Shown in pieces: positions 40,321-52,212 of a stretch of DNA of 64,000 nucleotides. The notes beneath the pieces were generated by a model, which was not told where the DNA came from, ran no database searches, and saw only the letters and a program-made list of their open reading frames with translations. Numbering within the stretch: position 1 is the stretch's first letter; each line of letters opens with the position of its first letter. Source of the DNA: Eledone cirrhosa. Its lineage: Eukaryota. The stretch lies in the NCBI GenBank assembly GCA_964016885.1, contig OZ024741.1, forward strand, positions 79,794,001-79,858,000, written 5' to 3'. Made by a program: the position numbers and the translations under genes.

Positions 40321-41430
40321 TCTATAATTATTTATTCAAGTGCAAGCTACATAGTGTAGCGAATACAAAATAATTTTTAATATATTTAAATTACATGTAT
40401 TATATATTAGTATTAATGACAATTCTAGTTTCGGAAGGGAACTCCAAAATTTCAAATGATTAAAAGTTAAATGGAAACTCGCAGTGAGGAGAGATTTTTG
40501 TCTTTGGAAAGTACGGTGATGACTCCAGACATGAGTCACTCATACTCCCAGTGAAGTATAGTTCAATACATGTATATCAAATCATAAAACAACTTTGAGA
40601 GAATATGTTTTATGTGAACATTATTTACATTGGAAAATTTCATTTCTCAGGGATATCTTCTGTATGACGAAGATATAGTTAAATTCAAGCTTACATATTT
40701 AATGTAGTGAGCCAAAAAAGTAGTTTTAACCAATTGAAATTACACTTTTGTAATTTTTTCAGATATATATATCTAGAGTGGGTCACAAAAGAAAACTGCG
40801 GAAAAAGGGAGAAAACAGTTAACCTAGGACATTATTACCGCCTCCTTCTGTCTATAACACTGAAGGGAGTCATTTAAAGGTTTAACTGCCATTTTTAACA
40901 AGTCGAGCGACCAAGTAGAACACATTTTTGGGCTCGCTTCATCACCTGTTCTCGTTGTGTCGTCATATCTGGGACTAGACGAGGCAGAATTATGAGAAAA
41001 AGCGTACCAACCATGACTGTCTCGACATATTATCTATCTAGGTCTACATATTTAACGTTTCTTTTCGTCTATCTATATTTGTTGGTGTGTGCTTTACATG
41101 AGATTCAATAGGTATTATTAGTAAGCTAAGAAACCATATAAGCGGTTGGTCATTGGATTGCATCAAGACTATTATGATCAATTGGTAAATAATATCTGGT
41201 TTGCTTCAAGCATCATATCACATCTGTCTTTCAGACGACCTTGTCATACAATTCATAAAAGCCGATCTAAAAATATTTATTTTTCCGTTTATATTTTCAC
41301 GATTATTTTCCTTCTTCCTTCAAGTTGACAGATAGCTTATGGTGAACAGATAGCTTATGGTGAATTACATTCAGTCAATCATTAAACACGCCCGCCCTCA
41401 CATACAAATACACACGAACATATATGTGTG

Positions 41431-41533
<103 letters not shown>

Positions 41534-41548
41534 ATGCGTGTGTGTATA

Positions 41549-41766
41549 CAGGGGCTGTGGAAGCATATCTGAAAGTTGGGAGGGTCCAAATTTGGACAAT
41601 TTAGTTGTAGTGATTAGTTCACCTCTTTGCACTCTAAAATGGTCAGAAAACTTCGATATGCGATAAACATGACATCTACATAAATTGATGAGTGTTTTGG
41701 TAGTTTGGGGAGAATATATAATCATTGGATGGAGGCATGTCCCCACCCCTAGTTTCACCGCTACTG
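41549..41766. mobile_element. Putative MITE
   Basis: Imperfect TIRs CAGGGGCTGTGGAA and CAGTAGCGGTGAAA (reverse complement); TA on both sides. Confidence 0.5.
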
Positions 41767-41990
41767 TATATATAAAATGCTAGAAAAAATAAGCTCTGTG
41801 CCCTTTCCTTAGAGGTTAATATATCGAGCTTCTTTGCATTTGATGAGAAACTGGTATTATACCCAATTTATTAATCTCCTATATATCTCTTTCTATATTA
41901 GAAAGTGGGTTTTTTTGTTTTTTTTTGTTTTTTTACAAAATGAAAAATAACTGAGGTGCCCTACACGAGTGGAAGTATAAAGAAAAGAAG

Positions 41991-43001
41991 ATGAAATCGA
42001 AAATGTCTTATTTTTAAAAAAATATATATATATATTTATTTGGTTCCTTTAACGGTTTCGCAGTTCTTCTGCTTTTCAAAAGTAGAGTTGAGATGGAGGG
42101 TCTGTGGTTTTTCTCACATCTGGTTGGTCTCTGAATGTTACTTGTTTTATATGGAAAAAGGTGGCTCGAAATGCCAGGTTTTTAGAGAAGTAATTTGATT
42201 GGTTGGTCAATAATTATAATAAATTTCGCGCCAGTTCGCGTTACAAAGTTCTTCAAACAAGGGGGGGGGGACAGTTTGTTTTTTCATATATGAGTGTCTG
42301 AATTTCTTTTTCTTAAAAAAAGGGGACTCACGAAGGCTTTTTTTAAATAAACGTAATTTGATTGGTTATAAATGAAATTATGGCTGTCACGTGAACAAGT
42401 TTTCATTAAATTTTCGCGCCCTTTTTTGAAAATCTATTCTGTAGCCTATTTAGAGAATTTTATGACAAGCAAAAGATAATGGTCAAGAGAAATGGGATGG
42501 GAGAATGGTTGTCATAAAATTCTCTAAGAAGGCTACAGAATAGATTTCCAAATAAGGGCGCGAAAATTTAATGAAAACTTGTTCATGTGACAACCATAAT
42601 TTCATTTATAACCAATCAAATTACGTTTATTTAAAAAAAAAGCCTTCGTGAGCCCCTTTTTTAAAGTAAAAAGAAATTCAAACACTCATATATGAAAAAA
42701 CAACCTTTGCCCCCCCCCCCCCCCCCTTGTTTGAAGAACTTTGTAACGCGAACTGGCGCGAAATTTATTATAATTATTGACCAACCAATCAAATTACTTC
42801 TCTAAAAACCTGGCATTTCAAGCCACCTTTTTCCATATAAAACAAGTAACATTCAGAGACCAACCAGATCTGAGAAAAACCACAGACCCTCCATTTCAAC
42901 TCTACTTTTGAAAAGCAGAAGAACTGCGAAACCGTTAAAGGAACCAAATAAATATATATATATATTTTTAAATAAGACTCCAGTTGCATTTTCGATTTCA
43001 T
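41991..43001. mobile_element. Palindrome of about 1 kb made of two PLE pLTR copies
   Basis: Arms about 41991-42470 and 42507-43001, each with a U3-A8 HHR. Confidence 0.88.
42902..42943 (+). ncRNA. Hammerhead variant with U3-A8 core (mirror copy 42044-42085 minus)
   Basis: CTT-TTGAAAA-GCAG AAGAA CTGC-GAAA-CCGT-TA-AAG. Confidence 0.65.
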
Positions 43002-43002
43002 T

Positions 43003-43080
<78 letters not shown>

Positions 43081-43084
<4 letters not shown>

Positions 43085-43212
43085 TTTATTATGGCTATTG
43101 GTGAGCTGTGTTACTCTAAAGTTTCGCCTGTGCACTCACAGGATCACCAGTCTTGTCTGGTGAGTACGCAGGAGAGACTCCAGAGTAACAAGGCTTAGCC
43201 GTAATAAATGAA
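43081..43212. repeat. Imperfect hairpin with degenerate HHR in both arms
   Basis: Ends TTCATTTATTATGGCTA and TAGCCGTAATAAATGAA; plus arm GTCTTGT-CTGGTGA...GAGA-CTCCAGAG-TA-ACAAGGC. Confidence 0.65.
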
Positions 43213-43319
43213 TAATTAAACTCTACTTCGCTATTGAGTTTTCATTCTTACGTCCGTCAATAACTCACGTACTCTCAGGTCTTCAATAATCTTCCCCAGA
43301 TTTTTTCCACAGCCCCTCC

Positions 43320-44216
43320 CGGTTCTCTCCCCCTCTCTATATCTAATATAAAACTATCTCCCAATTATCAATTATCACAAAATTATCCTCCTCTCTATAT
43401 TTACCATACAAACCTCTCTCTCCTTCCCTAACTCTCCCCCTCTTTATATCTACTACACGGAACTCTTTTCAAATCCGCCTCTCTATATCAATTAACACCA
43501 AACTCTCTCTCCCTCTATATTTACTACACGGAACTCTCTTCCAATACCCCTCTATATATCAATAAACATCAATCTCTCCCCCTTTTTATATCTAATATAA
43601 AACTCTCTTCCAATCCCCTCTCTATATCTACCATACAACACTCTCTCTCATTCTCTCTCACTCTATCCATCACTACCAAGCTATATCTATCAATACCTCT
43701 TTCTAACAATCCTCTCACTATATTCATGACCACCAAACTCTCCCCCTCTCTACATCAACCATATAACACTATATCAATTAACACCAAACTCTCTCCTTCT
43801 CTATATCTACTACATGGAACTCTCTTCTAGTCCCCCTTTCTGTATCAATTAACACCAAACTCTCCCCTTCTCTATACGGAACTCTCTTCCAATCCCCCTC
43901 TCTTTGCCAATTAGCTCCAAACTCTACCCCTCTCTATATCTACAACACGGAACTATCTTCCAATATCCCTCTATATATAAATTAATCCCAAACTCTCCCA
44001 CTCTCTATATCTACCATACGGAACTCTCTTCCAGTCCCCCTCTCTATTTCAATTAACACTAAACTCATCCTCTCTGTATATCTATATCTACTACACGGTA
44101 CTCTCTTGCTTCCCCCCTCTCAATATCTACTACACAGAACTCTCTTCTAATACCTATATCAGTAAACATCAATCTCTCCCCCTCTCTATATCAATTACCA
44201 CTAAACTTTTCCCATC

Positions 44217-44220
<4 letters not shown>
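43320..44220. repeat. Degenerate pyrimidine-rich minisatellite (about 30-33 bp units, dimeric)
   Basis: Alternating CTCTCTATATCTACTACACGGAACTCTCTTCCAATCCCC and CTCTATATCAATTAACACCAAACTCTC. Confidence 0.85.
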
Positions 44221-44257
<37 letters not shown>

Positions 44258-44261
<4 letters not shown>

Positions 44262-45027
44262 ATAAATTATCGAGATTCGCATTTCGGCCCACGAAATAAC
44301 GAAAAACAACCTCTGAGATATGCGGCAAGTGCTCAATGATTCAGATGAACCAGAGCTATAACAAACGTTAAAGGCCAAACACACTGAAACGATGGTTAAG
44401 CAATCATTCGCATAGCCAAAAAAACGATCAAGTAATTCGGGTATTGAAAATTTACCTGGACCACTGGAAGGTTGGCAAAATCCAGTATATGGGTTTCTGC
44501 GGCTCCTAAATCAAGTACCGTCCGCTTACATAAATAATGTCAGGCTTCTGGTAAGATGATTGAACAAGGAAGCCACTTTCTCAACAGGTTTTAGTTCAAT
44601 GTTAATACAAGGACTGACTATTGCTGACCCCACGTGGGGATCGGCAAGGGAGGCAACCCCTATATCAGGCGAATGAAATTCAGTTGTGTATATTTTTGCA
44701 AGAGAGCAAAAACATCACAAATCGAATAGAGTTCTCAACAGAAGGGTTAAAATTAACATAAGCTATTCATCAGTCAATAGAATCAACTATAAAATCAAGA
44801 AAATTAACTGGTCAATAGCCTGGAGAATAATACAAACATAAATTATCGAGATTCGCATTTCGGCCCACGGAATAACGAAAAACAACCTCCGAGATGTGCG
44901 GCAAGTGCTCAATGATTCAGATGAACCGGAGCTATAACAAACGTTAAAGGCCAAACACACTGAGACGATGGTTAAGCAATCATTCGCATAGCCCAAAAAA
45001 CGATCAAGTAATTCGGGTATTGAAAAT
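44258..45027. mobile_element. 770-bp element with 194-bp terminal direct repeats, inserted in (TA)n
   Basis: 44258-44451 is near-identical to 44834-45027; no TG..CA ends. Confidence 0.75.
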
Positions 45028-45154
45028 ATATATATATATAGTTATGTCATTATCAACATAAGATAATTATTTCATTTACCAGTGGTTTCTTGAAAGCAAC
45101 CAAAATTGCTTTCATCCATCAGAATGAAAAAATCCTGGTGTCTTTATTGACAGT

Positions 45155-45235
<81 letters not shown>

Positions 45236-46049
45236 ATCCGTCTCTATATAACATGTATATAAATTGTCGCGCATATATAAGTAGATGTGTGTTTTGGTAG
45301 TTTTGGAAGAAAAATATAATTATTGGGTGGGGGGATAGTCCGAATTCCACCGCCCATTTTATATATATATATGGTGCCCCAGCATGGCCTCAGCCGGATG
45401 GCTGGAACAGGTAAAAGAGCAAAAGAGTATATATATATATATAGGCGGTTATATGCGTGTGTATGCGGTTATATGTGTGTGTGTATGTTTGCATATTTGT
45501 ACGTATATATATATATATATATTCATATATACATATATGTGTGTGTAGCGAAATCTCTCGACACACACTGACCCCTAAATGACACGAGGTGCTACTTTTC
45601 TTTATTTTGCCCTTTACACCAGTAGTCAGGAGTAACTGGCCAACTTGGGGTTAAATGAGATAAGAATTTGTTAAAGCCATTCTGCTCTCATTTCTCGGAA
45701 GATAAATATATCATTTGGAGATGCTCAAGCAGTAGAGAGATGTAGCGCTTAGCAAAAAAAAAACACTCCATCCCTCTCGACAGATAAAGGTTAGATAAAG
45801 GTTAGTTCAATGCATTTTGTCAGATTACTACAGCATTCATGCAAACCAAGCACTCAAACATAACACACAATTCACTTGGTTCTTTGTTGTTTTCCTGTTT
45901 TATCAACAATGACTTCGACGTAAGGTATTTTCTTTATAAATTCATTATCGTAGCGATGTTTGTTATTGTTCATCAGATATTTCAATGGCAGCTTTACTTT
46001 TATTCTTCAACTATTGGCTATAGCAACGAGTACAGTCGCTTATCTCAAC

Positions 46050-47350
46050 TCACTGAAAAACACACTCAATTAATTTGCCATAAGTCACACATTTCCCACA
46101 GCTCTTCGAGTCTGCAACTTTTACTTCTTTCGCGGCTAGTCATTGTCTTCTTCCATGTAGCTGAAATCAGGTCACTTGCTTCATTGAGATGTCATGTGAT
46201 AGCATCTATATAACGAAGTTTTTGAGCGTCCCCTTCGATGACTTCTACAGTTCTAGTTGATAAAAGACTTCAATCTTTCTTACATTGATTGATAGACCAA
46301 AATCTGTCGTCGCGTATTCAAAATAATGTGTAATTTATTTTATATCTTTCAGGGAATGTGCCACTAGCGCTGAGTCATCAACGAAGAAAACTTCATGGAT
46401 ATTAGGGCACTTCCTAGACGATTTTAGCTTAGATATGTTCAACAGTCTACCATTTGCTCTTGTACGGAAATATACTCCACAAGCGAACTCGCTCACCATA
46501 TTTTCAAGCACAACACCCAAGAACAGCACAAACAGTTTAAGGATAAGTACACAGACCTTCTTCACTACAACTGAAGAGGAGATTGAGCTGTTACTCCCAA
46601 AAGAGACTGTGGTTGACATCATTATGGAACAACATAATTATCTCTACATATTTGTGCAGGCATATATATATATCCGTTAAACAGGGTCCACAATCTCGCT
46701 CTTCTCATTGCCTTTGTGCAGAAAATAAATACGACGAAAAGCTGAACACGCTGTTTTAAAATTATTTCTTGAATTTGCCTCAAAGTGCAAATCCTATCGT
46801 TGGTACCCCTAGACATAGATATCAGGAAAAATTTACTCGGATATATTTTGTAAGTAGAATTTTTCCTGTGATAAAGAGGAAAACAATTTCTTGGCAATTT
46901 CCACAATCCTATTTGTCAGCCTTCAGCTTGTAAATGGTGATTATCGAAGCACGTTGTCTTTATGGATACAAAACACTATACATTGTACAAAGTATTCTAC
47001 AGAACAATACGTACTATGAAGAAGCCAAAGATTATAAACTTCATAAATAGGTGAAACATATCACCGTTTTACTGCACCAATACCGAACTTGTCTAGCCGA
47101 TAAGGAATTCGAATATCATACCAATTTTAATTAAGGATATGTAGTGACCTACATTCCGAGGGCTCATGGATACATTCTCCGTGCGTTGTTTGGCCCAGTT
47201 CAGCCAATCGCTACCAGCATAGGAAAATGTATCTCGACTTCTGCTCAGAGGAAAAAATTCCCGTTGCCATTCGAAACTCTCTCGCAGCTCGACACCGTGA
47301 AGGTAAACATCTCTTGCTTTCGTTCCTTCAAGTATAGACAATATGTAGCA
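46050..47350 (-). pseudogene. Decayed RTE LINE (RT and probable endonuclease remnants)
   Basis: SRGTNDRICTLRQIQE, GVYFRTRANGRLLNISKLK and FFVDDSALVAHS in ORF-track pieces. Confidence 0.75.
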
Positions 47351-47519
47351 ACAAATATCACTACGGGACTGGCTAACGCCTCAGCCAGTTGACCGTACCC
47401 ATTTAAACCTTTATAACCTTTTTATTGATAACATTAACTATCCTCTCAAGAGACATTCTTCTAACCTTTGTAATCTGTAAATAAATTATATATAAACAAT
47501 TATAAAGTCGTAAGATGCT

Positions 47520-48400
47520 ATTTTCCACAAAATTGCTTTTAACATCTTCAATGGTGACTTCCGTGATACAATACACAAATTCTCAACACAAACATCTACT
47601 AAATAACTTCTTCTAAAGATACATGCAAAAATAAAACGAAGAGCAAGCATGTAGATATACCTTCAGCAACTGATTTTAAAATATAACCCATTATAACAGG
47701 TCAAACTTACAAGACAAATCGCCTAAATAACTTCCTAGACAACTTGCTGAATTAATTTCCTCAAACACACACGGAACTTTATACGAGATGATCTAGATAT
47801 ATGGATGGTTGAATATAATGAAGATTCCTTCTTTGGACATCGTGAACATATATTGCAGTATTCCGCACCATTACGGAATTGAGACTATTAAATACTGGCT
47901 AGATTAATTTTCTTATGAACTACTAACATTTATTGTAGATGGTCTTCAGTTTATTTTAGCAAATAATTATTTCATATTCAGTGAACAAAATTTTCACCAA
48001 TATATGCTAACCTAGTCATGGGATTCAACGAATTAAAAATCTACGAACAATCCTCACAAATGTATGATAATGAATTCAGTTGTTATTTAAAAGAAAACTG
48101 GAAAAAATTCCTGGACAACTACTTTACACCGATGGAAAATCTTGACAATCTGAATAACTTAAAAAAAATAAAATAAACCTTCACACCAAATTCTCTGTAG
48201 AATTCAGTAACTTTTTAGGTATACTAATAACAAAAAGAAGCACAAAATTAAAAGCTGATATATATTTCAAACCTATGAACTCCCGACAATACTTAATTTA
48301 TATATCATTTCATTCAAAATACATCTGAACTAATACTCTATTAAATCTAGCTAAGCGAATCTGAAAATAGTTTCTAACCCAATAAAAAGATTGAAAAAGC
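47520..48400 (+). pseudogene. Old decayed Neptune-type PLE RT
   Basis: PIITGQTYKTNRLNNFLDNLL, IRDDLD, YANLVMGF, NWKKFLD and NLAKRI are colinear with the 18598-20694 protein. Confidence 0.85.
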
Positions 48401-49239
48401 ATTCAAAAAAGAAAAATGAAAAATGAGTGTGTGTGTTTGTGTGTGTTTACATGTGTGTATGAGTGTGTGCGTGTGTGTACAGTGGTATATCTATTTAGAT
48501 CAGATTGTTCCGGCTCTCTACGTGGTTTGTCTGTCTATGAGTGAGTGGACAGCTGTATTCTGACGTGTTGTTCATTTACTTCTTATCAATCAACATATTT
48601 CGAATATAAACACCCCTTACTTATCAATAAAGACAGCTTCGATTCCATAAATACATACGTACAGTATCTAAACTTGTGAAATAACATATTTTTCACTTGT
48701 ACCGATATACTCTCCACAATTAGTGTGACAATATATCCATCCATCTATCCATCAATCCATCCAACATTTTATCCATGGATATAACATGGCCAAATGGTTA
48801 TGATGTCCGCTCTGCAATCACGTGGCTCTAGACTTAATTTCACTGCATGGTGTTATCAACTAGTGTCTTTTAGTGTATTTTACAGTAGCGTCGGATCGAT
48901 CAGGTGATTGTAAGAGAAATTGAGTAAACGGAGAAATTGTGCGGACGGTCGTCTAATGAACTGTACACATAATTGAAAGGTTCAGACATGTCACACATTG
49001 TGTCATACTGATCCTGCCTGGGCTTACATTAAGACTATACTTGCCTGTGGAATACTCAGTTCCGTGCTAATTCATTGAGAAAGTACTTCAGCTGATCGAA
49101 CAATTGAATTGTCATCGTCGAAATTGACGGAAATCTATTTAATATCTATCTATCGATCACTCGATCTGTCTGTTTATTTGTTGTCTGTCCCAAACGAGGC
49201 GTATAAGTGAAAGGAATGTCGTCACTAATGCATTATTAC

Positions 49240-49412
49240 AGTAGATGGTCGGACGCCATGCTTTCCAGCATAGAGTTACGTCCCTTTACGGTCTGAGTTC
49301 AAATCCTGCCGAGGTTAACTTTGTCTTTCATCCTTACGGAGTCGATAAAATAAAGTACCAGTAATGTATTGAAATAATTACTGGCCTTGTGCCAAAAATA
49401 GAAACAATTATT
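49240..49412 (+). mobile_element. Meta-like tRNA SINE
   Basis: Matches 54848-55032. Confidence 0.85.
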
Positions 49413-49683
49413 AGGCTATAGAATGCTAGATGGATGAAACAGCCCCAGCTGGATTAAATTCTCGTCCAGTTAAATTAAACTTTACTATTCACCTATTTTA
49501 TGTCTTATTGAAGAAGGTGCACCCATAGATTTCTGGAGATCTTCGAAATCGGAGAGATTGATCCAATTGATGTTATCTTTGAGTAACTGCAAAGCAAGGA
49601 CTGTAGTAAAGATATGAGCTGGTAAATAAATTCAGTGATCCAACGTGCTCTGGAGGAAGAACTCGGAAGTAGTATATGCCGTG

Positions 49684-49814
<131 letters not shown>

Positions 49815-52086
49815 GTACGAGTATTTTGTATATCTAGCGATATACGGTATGTTTAAGAATAAACATTTTGAAAGCCTTCAGTTTAAATTTGGAAACTGAT
49901 GACGGAATGCCATCTAGCGGGTTCCAGCAAAAGTAAATGGTGGGTAACTGTCAACAATGTCGTTTCTGACTCTGGTCAATAATACCAGAATATAGTTGGA
50001 GTCGTCGGCGCAACCGGCAAATATCAAACCCACTCCATATTCCTTGCTTCCATTTAATTTCAGAATTTGTCTTTTTACATTAGATTTGTTTTCCAGTCAA
50101 ATGAAGCCGAGTATCATTTTTATTATCGTTGTTTTGCTGTTGTTACAGGGTTTATGAGATCAGCAAAAATGTTGTCCACCTCACGAGGATTCACCTCTCT
50201 GGAAAGAGAACAAAATCTAGGATTACTTTGTTAAATGTTCTCTTTTTGTTTTAAAATAGTAACGTGTGTTTTCGGGAAAAGTATCAGGTATTGTTTGCAG
50301 GCCGATGAACCATGTAGAACAGCGGTGTGGAAGCGTTTCACTCGCGATCAAAACTTCGTCCGTATTTAAATTTGAAGCTGTCTGCTGATAAAGTTTTCTG
50401 AAAAACCATATGAAATGAAACACGTAAGAACAAAACAGTAAGTTACATAACTCTGAACTTGTAAATTTAAAGTTTCATTTTTTACCTCAGCTTAGGGTCT
50501 TATGCACTTGCTATTCAATAGTAAAGAGTTTCCTCATCCCTGATGTAGAGCTTCTTTTGTAGCATGACATTTAGCATGCAATAGTGTTTGCTTCAATCTA
50601 CTTCCTATTCTTATCTGTCGTGATCTTTCTTCTTTTCGGGATAACATTAAATAGTTCATCGCTTTCCAGTATTTTTAGTGTCTTTTATCTTTATCCAGAA
50701 GTATTCGTTTAAAGATATATGACATCCTTGCTGTCAGTCTCGCTAATGGTGATGAATCTTCCGCTAAATTCCACTTATCTTCATGGCAAAGGTTTTGCGA
50801 TGGGCGGGTAAAAAATACGTTTTATTGTAAACAAAACAATGTGTGGGGGGGGGGTCTTTCTTTTTAATAAATGCTTAATTCATTTCTTAATCGGCCAGAC
50901 GTATCTGCTATAAATAATTAGCCTAGTCGACTTACAATTTGCTCAGAGAACTTCTGTGCTAGTGACGTAGATTCATTCCGAAATTTAACATTATTAATCG
51001 AATGTTAGTCTCGAACTCAGTTCGACAGAAAGTAGTTTTAGCCTCATTAAAAGTTTAATGCTTATTCGATGATATTTGTAACCCTTCGGTTAATAATTAT
51101 GTAATCCCATTGCCAATTGTGTGCTTGGGTATAAACAGGAAAAAGAGCAGCACTTGCATCTTTGATTTTTGTTGATTCTGTAACTGGTGACAGTCTGATC
51201 AAGTCGAAAAAGAAAAAAGTATGATTCAGTGTGAGACAGAAAGACACTCTAGCAATATCAGTTTCGGTCAAGTGTGAAGAGAAATATTTTCATGGTGTCA
51301 AGTTAAAATTTCAAAATTTTATAAAACCCGTAACTTTTATATTCAGTAGAATTTTCTGTGATAATTCTGATTTCTGAAGAAGAAATTAAGGCAACTCGGG
51401 AAATATAACTAAAAGTAATATTAATGAGATATCAAGGAAATTTGAGCGGTCACCATCTTCCATGTCTCCTGATATTTTCACCCACACATTGGCGCCTTCA
51501 AAAAAATATATAGATGATTTAATAGATGAAATACAAGTTGATCAAGTGAAAGTTGGTATGAAACCAAACATTAAAGGATATATTGATTCATTCTTTAAAG
51601 ATAAAGCTACGACGAATGGTTTCTTATTGGTTTGTTTAATTAATGGTGGAGTATTGACGAAAACGAACAACCGCAGGCGACTCCGAATGAAGTAGATGAC
51701 GCGATATTTATCTCTCTTAAATTGAAAGAGACAGCGTATTTTATTGCGACTGTCCTATCGATGGTCCTTTCCGTCATTGATGTAACACTGATGGAAGATT
51801 TGGGTCCAGAATGTTCGACAAACAAATTATTCGCACCAAGAACTTTATTCATTGTGACAGTTTTCCACTTGTTCTTCAATATTGTCATATTATATGTACC
51901 TCAGTTGCTCAACATTTTAGTTTTGTTCTTCAATGCTTTTCAGCTTATTGATACTGCGAGAATAATTCAGCCGACCTATTGGCTTGTGAAGGAAATAATT
52001 TGTCGTCTAATTATAAATGAAATACAGATTTTACTGGCCTTTCCTTACAATTTACTGATGTCAATATTACCATAGGAACACTGTCA

Positions 52087-52212
52087 AATAATTGTTTCTT
52101 CTTTTGGCACAAGACCAGCAATTACCCCAGTGCATTACTGGTGCTTTATTCAGGGCTGTAACTCTGTTCTACAAAGCATGGAGTCCGACCCTCTACCGAT
52201 GCTGCCAATCCA
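52087..52212 (-). mobile_element. Internally deleted Meta-like SINE
   Basis: Head and tail of the 54848 copy joined with the centre missing. Confidence 0.75.

Noticed and set aside
43320-44220. CRISPR-like array
   Set aside because: Degenerate tandem units without unique spacers; eukaryotic context and no cas genes
49896-49935. CTGATGA hammerhead candidate (also 5227 and 8668)
   Set aside because: No properly placed GAAA, stem III or stem I
50148-50423. Plus-strand acceptor and donor-like sites
   Set aside because: No sustained reading frame or homology
50950-52075. Short ORFs with a faint LINE endonuclease trace (HNWQWDYIIINRR)
   Set aside because: Too degenerate to assign
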